From positions 1 through 54,627 of the forward strand of contig JBGPXN010000008.1 in the NCBI GenBank assembly GCA_041492755.1: 54,627 nucleotides of DNA, read 5' to 3'. The position numbers were made by a program, and so were the translations under genes. This document shows, in pieces, positions 35,694 through 44,750 of this stretch. The notes under the pieces are model-generated. The model saw only the letters and a list, made by a program, of their open reading frames with translations. It did no database searches and had not been told where the DNA came from. The DNA comes from Candidatus Methylomirabilia bacterium (lineage in GTDB: Bacteria > Methylomirabilota > Methylomirabilia > Rokubacteriales > CSP1-6). Position 1 is the stretch's first letter; every line of letters starts with the position of its first letter.

Positions 35694-37223
35694 TCCGCGT
35701 CCCCGGTGGGCCGAACGGCGCGTCTCGCGTCGAATTACGCCTCGACGTGGCTGGTCGTCGCGGTCTGTCTCGGCGCGCTCGCCATCCGGCTGGTGTTCTT
35801 CGGCGGACTGCTCGGCTGGGACGACATGGAGTACTGGGAGGTGGCCCGTGCCTACCGCGACGGGGACGTGATCCCACGCTCGATGTTCTCGGTGCGCTTT
35901 GGCATCGTGCTGCCGCTGGCCGCCACCCAGGCGCTGTTCGGAGCCACCGAAGTCGCGGCCTCGGTCGTCCCCCTCGCCTACTCGCTCGCCGAGCTCCTGC
36001 TCGCATGGAGACTGGGCGTTCTCTACGGTGGGCCGGGCGTCGGCCTCGTCGCCGCCGGCCTGGTCGCGATCCTGCCGGTCGCCGTCATGGAAGCGACGGA
36101 GGTCAATGCCGATCTGCCCGCCGCGGTCTGGATGGCGGCCGCGTTGTACGCCGTCGTGCGAGGGGAGCGTAGCGTGGGATCCCCTCGGGGCTGGTTCGTC
36201 ACGGGCGGGGTCGCGCTCGGGATCGCGTACGTGACCAAAGACTACGCGCTGGCGCTCCTGGCCACGCTCGCCGTCCGCGTCGCGGTCACGCGACGGCGTC
36301 GGGCCGCCTACGCCTGGACGGCCTTCGGACTCGTCGCCGTGATCGCCGTCCAGGCCGTCTGGTTCTGGGCGCTCACCGGGGACCCCCTCTTCCGTTACTC
36401 GCCCGGCCTGACGGCGCCGCACACGATGCACGTGCAGACGCACGACCCCTCCTATCGCTGGATGCTCACCTATCTCGACATGCTCCTCGATCCCTTCACC
36501 GGCTCGTTCGGCTACTTCATCGGGGTGTTCTACGCCGTCGTGGCCGCGACGATCTGGGGGTTCTGGCGCCGCGACCGCGCGCTCCTCGACGTCTCCCTGT
36601 GGTGGGCCACCGTGCTGGTGGTGTTCAGCGTGACGCCGCTCGACTGGACGTTCACCCGTCCCCTGTTCCACCAGTACGCGCGCAAACTGGAGCCGCTGGT
36701 CATCCCCTTCGCGCTGGCGCTGGCGCTGTGGTGGGCGCGCGGGCTGGTGTCGTGGCCTCGGCTGCGGCTCGGGCTCGGGCTGACGCTCGCCGCGCTGGCC
36801 GGCGCCGGAATCTGGGCGACGCAGGCCGACTATCGGCAACCGGCGTCGGTCGCGCGCTGGGCCGCGCCCCTCGTCGACCGCGAACGCCCCGACGTGTACG
36901 TCGTCACCGACCACGTCAACGCCCCTCTGCTCCGCGCGCTCCTGCCGGCCCGGAGAGACCGCATCGTGACCGCCCCTCCGGCCGCGACGCGGGATGCGGG
37001 TGGATCGATGCTCGTCCTCCGTGATCCTCTGTTCTTGACCTCCGATCTGGCCCACGGCCGTTCCGTCGCTTCGATCGTGGCCGCTCCCCCGCAGGGCTGG
37101 GGCCGCGTCGGCGAGTTCGTGCGGCCGCACCGCCGCGGCTTGCGCTCCGTGTTGCTGGGACGGCCCCTTCCTCCGAGACCGGAGCCCGCCGAGCTGTGGC
37201 GGTCACGCGCGGACGCATCGTAA
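35691..37223 (+). CDS. ArnT/PMT-like GT-C membrane glycosyltransferase (family 39/83-like)
   Basis: First TM followed by GWDDMEY, ~11-13 TM helices, TKD motif, periplasmic C-terminus. Confidence 0.8.
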   Translation: MSASPVGRTARLASNYASTWLVVAVCLGALAIRLVFFGGLLGWDDMEYWEVARAYRDGDVIPRSMFSVRFGIVLPLAATQALFGATEVAASVVPLAYSLAELLLAWRLGVLYGGPGVGLVAAGLVAILPVAVMEATEVNADLPAAVWMAAALYAVVRGERSVGSPRGWFVTGGVALGIAYVTKDYALALLATLAVRVAVTRRRRAAYAWTAFGLVAVIAVQAVWFWALTGDPLFRYSPGLTAPHTMHVQTHDPSYRWMLTYLDMLLDPFTGSFGYFIGVFYAVVAATIWGFWRRDRALLDVSLWWATVLVVFSVTPLDWTFTRPLFHQYARKLEPLVIPFALALALWWARGLVSWPRLRLGLGLTLAALAGAGIWATQADYRQPASVARWAAPLVDRERPDVYVVTDHVNAPLLRALLPARRDRIVTAPPAATRDAGGSMLVLRDPLFLTSDLAHGRSVASIVAAPPQGWGRVGEFVRPHRRGLRSVLLGRPLPPRPEPAELWRSRADAS

Positions 37224-38153
37224 CGACCCGTTCACGCTCGCCCGGCGCCACTCGCCGTACGTCGCCCACGCCGCGCGGACGCCCGCCACGTACGCCCGGT
37301 GGCGGGCCAGCACGAATGCCGGCCCCTCGGTGACGTACGGGCGGTTGAGGACGTGTCCCCGGTAGAGCTTCCACAAGAGCGGCGGCAACGATGCGCGTGG
37401 CTGGTGCTTCAACGCGCAATAGACGTGGTTGTGGAAAAAGTTCCGGTACCAGCGATGGGAGCCCGGGTCCCGACCCATGAGGTGCCAGTTGTCGTTGCCG
37501 CCCGGGCTCGCGTAGAAGTGGTGGACGGTCGGACCCGGATCGTAGACGACGCGCCCGCCGGCGTTCCGGACACGCACGCAGAAGTCGTTTTCCCACCGGA
37601 AGGCGTTGCCTCGGAAGCGCTCGTCGAACCCGCCGAGCCCGACCACGACCTCGCGGCGAAACGACATGTTGGCTCCCGGCGCCGTCCACACGTCGCAGCG
37701 CGTGTCGTGGCTCCAGCCCGTGTGGAAGAAGCCCCAGACGGGATCGGCGGAACGGGGATCGAAGCGGCCCGGTTCGGGCCTCTGCGCGTCGAGGACACGT
37801 CCCGCCACGCCGGCCACGCCGGGATCGTCGTAGTTGCGCAGATGGAGGGTGACCAGGTCACGTCCGGGGACGTGGATGTCGTCGTCGACGAACACGAGGA
37901 TCTCGCCCCGGGCGACACGGACCCCGGCGTTGGCGGCGACGACGACGCTGGGTTGCTCCTGCCGAACACGGACCACCCGGTCCGGCAGCGCGTCGAGGAA
38001 CGTCTCGGTGGGGGGACGGTGCACGGGCGTTTGATCCACGACGACGATCTCGAGATCCGGCTGGTCGAGACGCAGCAGATCGGCGAGCGTTCGGCACAGC
38101 AGCTCTTCGCGGCCGAACGTCGGAAGAACGACGGACACGGGCACGCCGCTCAT
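37203..38153 (-). CDS. Glycosyltransferase family 2
   Basis: SVVLPTFGR, VVVDQ, FVDDD, GANMSFRR and GGFDE...WEND motifs. Confidence 0.9.
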   Translation of the reverse strand: MSGVPVSVVLPTFGREELLCRTLADLLRLDQPDLEIVVVDQTPVHRPPTETFLDALPDRVVRVRQEQPSVVVAANAGVRVARGEILVFVDDDIHVPGRDLVTLHLRNYDDPGVAGVAGRVLDAQRPEPGRFDPRSADPVWGFFHTGWSHDTRCDVWTAPGANMSFRREVVVGLGGFDERFRGNAFRWENDFCVRVRNAGGRVVYDPGPTVHHFYASPGGNDNWHLMGRDPGSHRWYRNFFHNHVYCALKHQPRASLPPLLWKLYRGHVLNRPYVTEGPAFVLARHRAYVAGVRAAWATYGEWRRASVNGSLRCVRA

Positions 38154-38229
38154 GCGTTGGGGACGCGCGGGATCACCCCGCGCGCACGCGCCGTACGCGG
38201 ACGCCCAGGCTCGAGCCCGGCCATCGCGG

Positions 38230-40200
38230 TCACCCGCGCGTGGCTCCCCACACGATCCCGAGCTTCCGGGCGACCTCCAGCACCGCGCCGAAGCACCGTC
38301 GCCGCGCCGCGTGCGCGAGGTAGAACGGAATGGGCCACAGGACGTGGGCCACCGAGATCCGTTCGCCGACGATCCGTGCGAACGCGACGTAGTCCCGGCC
38401 CTGGCGGAACCGGCGCCGAAGCAGCCGGGCCCGGCCGAGATCGGCGGCAGTCCGCCGGTGCCAGAGCCACGCCGACGGCAGATAGAGGATGGGGATGCCG
38501 GCGCGCGTGAGCCGCCGTTCCCACTCCGTCTCATCGCCGGCCCCGGAGAGCGTCTCGTTGAAACGTCCCACCCGGTCGAGCGCCCAGCGCCGCACCGCCA
38601 GGTTGCACCCGTTCACGTGGTCCACCGGGCGCTCCTCGGCGCCGTGGTCAAGCGAGGACTCGCCTTCCCACGATTCCATGGAGCAGATGCGCGGCGGCGG
38701 AGCCTCGAAGCGAAGCTTCACGGCGCCGCCCACGCAGCCGGCCTCGGGATGCCGGAGCGCGCCGGCGACCAGGGCGTGGAGCCACCCGGTTGGCGATTCG
38801 ACGTCGTCGTCGACGAAGCACACGGGATCCCCGCGCGCCACCGTCAGGCCGAGGTTGCGCGCGACGTTGAGCCCGCGGTGATCTCCGCGCTGGTAGCGCA
38901 CGACGGGAAGCTCGCCATCGACGCACTTCTGGACGACGGCGGCGGTCTCGTCCACCGATCCGTCATCGACCACCACGATCTCGAATCGATCAGGAGGGTA
39001 GTCCTGGCCGCGCAGGCTGGCGAGACAGCCCGCGAGGAGCGGCGCCCGGTTCCACGTCGGGACGACGATCGACACGAACGGCCACGACCAGATCGGCGCC
39101 GGCGGGGGGGCGGGAGCGGTGCCGGCCTCGGAGCCCGCGCGCGCGGCCACGACAAAGCGCTCCGGGCACGGCAGGAAGCCGCGATCCACGAGCTCGCGGG
39201 TGCCGGCGAGGCGGATCGCGGTCGCCCGCCGGAGGGTCAGCCGGGGGGAGGCGTCGAGGACCTCGAGGTACCGATGGTTCTCGGGGCCGATGCCGAAGCG
39301 GGAGCCGGCGAACTCCTCGCGGGCGAGGCGGCGGAAGGCGGCCGTGAACTTGTAGTGATACATGACGCCCGCGACGTCCGCGACCCGCGCCTTCTTGAAG
39401 TAGTGCGGGTTCCCAAAGAACATGCCGGGCCGGTACCGCACCAGCGGATGATTGATCAGCTCGACGTCGAGACCGAACACGGTCTTGCGGATCCCGCCGA
39501 CCCGCCGCGTGATGGCCGGATTGTCGACGACGCACTCCAGGTGATCCGGGTACGGCAGCGCGCTGACCTCGGAGAGGTCGCAATAGCGGTGCGTGTCGAC
39601 GAAGCGGCCGGCCGGGGCGTCCTCCAGGGCGCCCTCCGGAAACATGTCCAGCAGGTACGTGGCCAGCGCCGTGTATCCGTGGTCATCGAGATACCGCAAC
39701 AGTGCGGGCACGGGCACGAGGTCCGAAAGCGGATAGTCGAAGAGCATGTCGATGTCGGTCGACAGGGCCCACCGGCCCACGGCGTACCGGTCGAGGAGGT
39801 ATTCGCGGAGCGAGGCGACCGAGCCGAACCGGCTCGTCAGCAGGGTGACGGCGGGATGCGGGCGGGCAAGGTCGGGCGTCCCGTCGGTCGAGCCGTTGTC
39901 GAGCAGGACGATGTGATCGAACCCCAGTCGCAGGTGGTGCTCGATGAACGTCGGCGTCCATTCCGCGCCGTCCTTCACCACGCACAGGACCACGGAGCGC
40001 GCGGTGTCGGGGGAACCGTGGCCGGCACGCACCAGGCGCACGGTCCGACCCACCGCCCACCGTCGACCGGCCTCCTGGACGACCGTGCGCACCCGACGCG
40101 CGGCGTCCACCGTGGTGCGCCCGCACAGGGCTTGCAGCGACGTGACCGCCGCGCGGCGCAAGCGACCGAGCGACCCCCACCTGGCGGGCCGGGAGATCAC
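38230..40200 (-). CDS. Two-domain glycosyltransferase (N-terminal GT2-like Glyco_tranf_2_4-type domain plus C-terminal GT2)
   Basis: Domain 1: CVVKD..FIEHHLRLG..LDNGSTDGT..TDID. Pro/Ala linker. Domain 2: VSIVVPTWNR..DDGS..FVDDD..GCNL..GDE. Confidence 0.88.
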   Translation of the reverse strand: MISRPARWGSLGRLRRAAVTSLQALCGRTTVDAARRVRTVVQEAGRRWAVGRTVRLVRAGHGSPDTARSVVLCVVKDGAEWTPTFIEHHLRLGFDHIVLLDNGSTDGTPDLARPHPAVTLLTSRFGSVASLREYLLDRYAVGRWALSTDIDMLFDYPLSDLVPVPALLRYLDDHGYTALATYLLDMFPEGALEDAPAGRFVDTHRYCDLSEVSALPYPDHLECVVDNPAITRRVGGIRKTVFGLDVELINHPLVRYRPGMFFGNPHYFKKARVADVAGVMYHYKFTAAFRRLAREEFAGSRFGIGPENHRYLEVLDASPRLTLRRATAIRLAGTRELVDRGFLPCPERFVVAARAGSEAGTAPAPPPAPIWSWPFVSIVVPTWNRAPLLAGCLASLRGQDYPPDRFEIVVVDDGSVDETAAVVQKCVDGELPVVRYQRGDHRGLNVARNLGLTVARGDPVCFVDDDVESPTGWLHALVAGALRHPEAGCVGGAVKLRFEAPPPRICSMESWEGESSLDHGAEERPVDHVNGCNLAVRRWALDRVGRFNETLSGAGDETEWERRLTRAGIPILYLPSAWLWHRRTAADLGRARLLRRRFRQGRDYVAFARIVGERISVAHVLWPIPFYLAHAARRRCFGAVLEVARKLGIVWGATRG

Positions 40201-41426
40201 TCGAACTTCCAGCGGGCGGGCCACACCACGACGCCGGTGTCCGGAGGCGGAATGACGCCGGTGCCGAAGACGTCGCGGGCCACGACCTCGAACGCGAGCG
40301 CGTCTTCGAGCGTCTCGTAGTCGCGATACGGGTCGCCGAACCACAGGTCCAGCGTGTACGGGCCCACCGTGAAGGGACACGCCTCGAGGAAACAGGTGAT
40401 CCGGCCGGCCGGCGCTCCGGCGCTCGGATACTCTCCCAGGTAGCGATTGTTGACGTTCAACACGCGGACCCCATGCCGGTTCTTCACCACGACGCCGAAG
40501 ACGGGATGCGCCATCGGCGCGGAGGCTTCGTATTCGATCGTCACCGCGACGTCGCCCCCCAGCGGCAGATAGCTGGTCGGCGTGCCGTCCCGGCCGTGGA
40601 ACGCGAGGCGCGCGCGGCGGATGAATCCGTGCGGCCGCACCGCCATCTCCGCGGTGGCGAACGAGGCCAGCGTGCCCCCAAGATACCGGTTGATGACCTC
40701 GCCGGCGGGGCCGGAGGCGACGACGCGGCCCCCCTCCAGGAACAGGCAGCGATCGCACAGCCGCTCGACGGCCACCATGTCGTGACTGACGAACACGACG
40801 GTCCGGCCGGCGCGGGTCGCCTCGCCCATCTTCCCGAGGCACTTGCGCTGAAACGCGAGATCGCCGACGGCGAGGGCCTCGTCCACGAGCAGGATCTCGG
40901 TATCGAGATGCGCGGCCACCGCGAAGGCCAACCGCAAGTACATGCCACTCGAGTAGTGCTTCACCGGGGTGTCGATGAAGGACGCCATCTCCGCGAACGC
41001 GACGATCTCGTCGAAGCGCGCGCGCAGCTCGGCCCGGCGCATGCCGAGGATGGCCCCGGACAGGTACACGTTGTCCCGGCCGGTCAGCTCGCTGTGGAAC
41101 CCGGCCCCGACTTCCAGGAGCGACCCCACCCGGCCCCGCAGCTGGGCCCGGCCCTCGCTGGGGGCGGTGATGCCCGCGAGGATCCGGAGCAGCGTGCTCT
41201 TGCCGGCGCCGTTTCTGCCGATCACCCCGAGCACTTCCCCGCGCGCCACCTCGAACGAGACGTCGCGTATCGCCCACAACGGCGCCCCCGGCGGCCGCGC
41301 CGACAGCGGTCGACGGACGAGGTTCTGGATGGCCTCCCGGAGCGTCGTCGCGGCGGGGGCGCCGCCAATCCGATACCGCTTCGAGAGGCCGTCGGCGTGG
41401 ATGGCGCTTTCGTTCAGGGGGGACAT
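40197..41426 (-). CDS. wzt: Polysaccharide ABC transporter ATP-binding protein with C-terminal Wzt_C-like domain
   Basis: GRNGAGKST, YSSGM, LLVDE and FVSHD motifs plus a ~160-aa C-terminal domain. Confidence 0.93.
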   Translation of the reverse strand: MSPLNESAIHADGLSKRYRIGGAPAATTLREAIQNLVRRPLSARPPGAPLWAIRDVSFEVARGEVLGVIGRNGAGKSTLLRILAGITAPSEGRAQLRGRVGSLLEVGAGFHSELTGRDNVYLSGAILGMRRAELRARFDEIVAFAEMASFIDTPVKHYSSGMYLRLAFAVAAHLDTEILLVDEALAVGDLAFQRKCLGKMGEATRAGRTVVFVSHDMVAVERLCDRCLFLEGGRVVASGPAGEVINRYLGGTLASFATAEMAVRPHGFIRRARLAFHGRDGTPTSYLPLGGDVAVTIEYEASAPMAHPVFGVVVKNRHGVRVLNVNNRYLGEYPSAGAPAGRITCFLEACPFTVGPYTLDLWFGDPYRDYETLEDALAFEVVARDVFGTGVIPPPDTGVVVWPARWKFE

Positions 41427-41430
41427 CGAT

Positions 41431-42276
41431 TCACACGACGTCGGCCATGGCCCGCTCGACGCGGGCGAAGTACCAGAGCCCCGCCCCCAGCAGCACGACG
41501 ATGGTCACCGCGGAGACGAGGAGCGGGCCGGCCGCGGCGCGTCCGCCCACCAGCGCCCAGCGGAACCCTTCCACGACCCCGACCATCGGATTCAGTCCAT
41601 AGACGGTGCGCCACGGCTCCGCGAGCAGGCTGCTGGGATAGGCCACCGGGGTCGCGAACAGCCAGAGCTGCATGAGGAACGGCACCGTGTGCCGGACGTC
41701 GCGGTAACGGACGTTGAGGGCGGCGAGCCACGACCCGATCGCGGCCGCCAGGACGAGGGCGAGCAGGACGAACACGGGTGCGGCGACGACCATCGGCCCC
41801 GGCGCCACCCCGTAGAAGACCATCAGCAGCACCAGCACCACCAGCGCGGCGCCGAAGTCGACCAGGCTGACGAAGAGAGGGGCGAGCGGCACGATCAGGC
41901 GCGGAAAGTACACCCTGGTCACGAGCGAGCGATTCGCGACGAGGCTCTCGCTGGCGGCCAGAACCGCCTGCGCGACCATCGTCCACAGCAGAAGCCCCGT
42001 ATACGCGAACAGGGGATACGGGACCCCATCGGACGGCAAGCGGACGAGGCGGCCGAAGAAGATGGCGAAGACGAGCGTGGTGGCGACCGGCTGCAGGACG
42101 GCCCAGGCGACGCCGAGGACGGTCTGGGTGTAGCGGATCTTGAATTCCTTCCAGGCCAGGAAGCCGAGGAGCTCGCGATGGGCCCATACCGCGGCCACCT
42201 CGCCCAGCGCTCCGCGTCCACGTCCGTCGATCACGACGACCGGCGGCGACACGACGGCGGGCCCGGCCACCGTCAT
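41431..42276 (-). CDS. wzm: Polysaccharide ABC transporter permease
   Basis: KIRYTQTVLGVAWAVLQP, RVYFPR, RYRDV, TPVAYP and LNPM motifs. Confidence 0.93.
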   Translation of the reverse strand: MTVAGPAVVSPPVVVIDGRGRGALGEVAAVWAHRELLGFLAWKEFKIRYTQTVLGVAWAVLQPVATTLVFAIFFGRLVRLPSDGVPYPLFAYTGLLLWTMVAQAVLAASESLVANRSLVTRVYFPRLIVPLAPLFVSLVDFGAALVVLVLLMVFYGVAPGPMVVAAPVFVLLALVLAAAIGSWLAALNVRYRDVRHTVPFLMQLWLFATPVAYPSSLLAEPWRTVYGLNPMVGVVEGFRWALVGGRAAAGPLLVSAVTIVVLLGAGLWYFARVERAMADVV

Positions 42277-44162
42277 GCCCGGCCCACCGCGCACGACAAC
42301 CGTGACGCCGCCGGATCGTTCACGATGCCGGTGCCCACGCGGCGGAGCATGAGTCCGGCGGCGCGCTCGGGGTTCCCGTGAGCGGCGTCCTCACGGCGGC
42401 GCTCCGCCTCCGTGAACGTATGGAGGTAGTAGGCTCCCGCGCCGACGGCCGTCCACTGATCGCGCTCGATCAGCGCGCCGGGGGGCCGGCTCGCCACGAT
42501 GACCTTGGCCCCGGCGCGCGCCAGCGCCCGGTTGGCGCGCGCGCGTACCAGCGGGTCCGATTCCCAGTACACCAGCGAGTCGGTGTTGATCCCGGCCACG
42601 ATTCGTACGCGGGCGAGCCGCGCCCAGGCAAACGTCTCGAACTTCCCGATGGCGGCGACTTCGTCGCCGGGCCGCACCCCCAGCTCGTGCAGGTCACGCG
42701 CGGTGCGCCATTCCACGTGGCGGACGGCGCGGTCCCGCGCGGACCGGATCTCGGCGACGACGACGTTCGCCGCGGACAGGATCTGCGGGCCGATGGTCAG
42801 GACGGCGACGCCGAGGGTGACGTTCCGGGCCAGGCGCCCGGCCGTCGCGCCGAGGGGGACCCGCACGCCGATGACGGCCCCCATCCCGAGCAGAACGACG
42901 AAGGAGGCCACGTAGCGCGGCTCGACCCACACGGCACCATAGATCGCGAGCGCGCCGATGGCCACGCCGAGGACGGCGCCCGCGAGGGGCAAGCGGGACC
43001 ACCGTCGTCGGCGCGCGCCGAGCGTCGCCAGGACGAGGAGAGCGGCCAGCGGCCAGGCGAGGCGGCCGAGAACCCCGGCCAGCTCACGCCCGCTGATGAG
43101 CATGGCGCGGATCTGAGCCGTGAGCGAGAACGGCACGCTGATCCCGGCATACCAATGGTTCATGTCGTAGATGAGCGGAATGGTGCCGCGCACCGGGCTC
43201 CCGAACTCGAGCACGAGCGGACGATCGAGGAGGATCCGGGGTGGATGGAGCGCTTCCTCCGGCCAGCCCATGCCGCCCCGCAGCGCGACGGTCGGCACTC
43301 CGCGCTGGTCGAACGGAAACGGCACGCGCGAGACGAGCCACGCATAGTTCATGCGGCCGCTTTCGCCCAGCGTCAGTCCCCCGTGCTTCAGCGAGAGCGC
43401 GGTCGCGAAGGGCACGACGAGTATCGCGGCGACGGCGGCGCAGACCACGATCCGCGCCGCTGCCGTCCGGAAGTCGCGGGCGGCCAGCGTCGCGCAGATC
43501 ACGATGGCGGCGACCGGGAGCATGACCGCCTTGACGAGGTAGCCGACGCCGAGGATGGTTCCGAGCAGGACGTAGAGCCGGACCCTGTCATCGCCGGCCG
43601 CGATACGCGCGAGCACGCCGACGGCGAGATACATGCACGCGGTCACGCTCATGTCGGGGGTGGCGAGCCCCACCGACACGAAATCGAGGCTGGCGACGAG
43701 GAACAGCGTGTACGCCCACACCCGAAGCGCCCACTCCGGCAGCGGCCGGGCCTCCTCGCCGCTCGGCCCGCCCGCCGGCCGCCCGTACACGGCGACCACG
43801 ACCCCGCCGAGCAGGAACTCGAAGCTGGCAAAGGCGGCGATGAAGACGAGGAATCCGACCAGGTGCACCAGTGGGAACTCCCAGTATGCGGACGGTCGCG
43901 CCAGCATCGCGATACCCAGCAACCACGAGTAGAACGGACTCCAGTAGAGGCTCACGGCCTCCCGCCATTCGCCGCTCCTCCAGGCGTCGGCGAGGTCCAG
44001 GTACGCGATGCCGTCGGGGTTGAGCGAGAAGCGTGCCCGCCAGGCCTGGACGAGCCCCAGGCCGGCGCCGAGCGACCAGAAGATCACGCGGACGCGCAAG
44101 ACGGATTCCCCCGCCGCCGACGTGTCCACCGGCGATCGACGAGACCCGCGCGCTCCGGCCAT
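42273..44162 (-). CDS. Polytopic membrane protein, putative GT-C glycosyltransferase
   Basis: LNPDGIAYLDLA after TM1, YWSPFYS, TPD and GYLVKA motifs; ~12 TM helices; start uncertain (44162 or a GTG ~30 nt downstream). Confidence 0.65.
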   Translation of the reverse strand: MAGARGSRRSPVDTSAAGESVLRVRVIFWSLGAGLGLVQAWRARFSLNPDGIAYLDLADAWRSGEWREAVSLYWSPFYSWLLGIAMLARPSAYWEFPLVHLVGFLVFIAAFASFEFLLGGVVVAVYGRPAGGPSGEEARPLPEWALRVWAYTLFLVASLDFVSVGLATPDMSVTACMYLAVGVLARIAAGDDRVRLYVLLGTILGVGYLVKAVMLPVAAIVICATLAARDFRTAAARIVVCAAVAAILVVPFATALSLKHGGLTLGESGRMNYAWLVSRVPFPFDQRGVPTVALRGGMGWPEEALHPPRILLDRPLVLEFGSPVRGTIPLIYDMNHWYAGISVPFSLTAQIRAMLISGRELAGVLGRLAWPLAALLVLATLGARRRRWSRLPLAGAVLGVAIGALAIYGAVWVEPRYVASFVVLLGMGAVIGVRVPLGATAGRLARNVTLGVAVLTIGPQILSAANVVVAEIRSARDRAVRHVEWRTARDLHELGVRPGDEVAAIGKFETFAWARLARVRIVAGINTDSLVYWESDPLVRARANRALARAGAKVIVASRPPGALIERDQWTAVGAGAYYLHTFTEAERRREDAAHGNPERAAGLMLRRVGTGIVNDPAASRLSCAVGRA

Positions 44163-44171
44163 CCCGCGAAT

Positions 44172-44750
44172 TCAGCTCCGGCGCTGGCGGCCGGCGGCGC
44201 CACTGACGAGCGCGCCATGGTCGCGGAGGAACTCGTCGAGCGTCCGACGCCAGCGACCTTGCGCGCGCAGGATCATTTCCACCGCCTCGCGGACGGCACC
44301 GGCGCCGCCGCCCGCGCGCGTCACCACGTGGGCCGCCGCCTTCACCTCGGGGCTGGCGTCGGCCACCGCCATGGCCAAACCGACCCGCTGCAGCGCCGGG
44401 ATGTCGAGCAGGTCATCCCCGATGAAGGCGAGCGCGGTCAGGTCCACAGAGAACTCCGTGGCGAGCGCCTCCACGACCTCTCCCTTGCGCCGAGCGCCGA
44501 GCACCACGCGATCCACCCCGAGCTTCTCGCCGCGCGTCTTCGCGATCGTCGTGCTCTCACCGGTGACGAGCGCGGTCTTGATGCCGGCGCGCCGGGCCAG
44601 GTCCAGCGCGATGCCGTCGCGGGTATGGAACGACTTGAGCTCGTCACCGCGCTCCGACAGCACCATGCGCCCGTCGGTGAGCACACCGTCCACGTCCATG
44701 ACGAGGAGCGCGACCCGGCGCGCGCGGACCGTCCACGGCGGTCGCGTCAT
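44172..44750 (-). CDS. kdsC: KdsC-family HAD phosphatase (KDO 8-phosphate phosphatase-like)
   Basis: MDVDGVLTDG, F..RDG, IGDDLLD and GG.GAVRE motifs. Confidence 0.88.
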   Translation of the reverse strand: MTRPPWTVRARRVALLVMDVDGVLTDGRMVLSERGDELKSFHTRDGIALDLARRAGIKTALVTGESTTIAKTRGEKLGVDRVVLGARRKGEVVEALATEFSVDLTALAFIGDDLLDIPALQRVGLAMAVADASPEVKAAAHVVTRAGGGAGAVREAVEMILRAQGRWRRTLDEFLRDHGALVSGAAGRQRRS

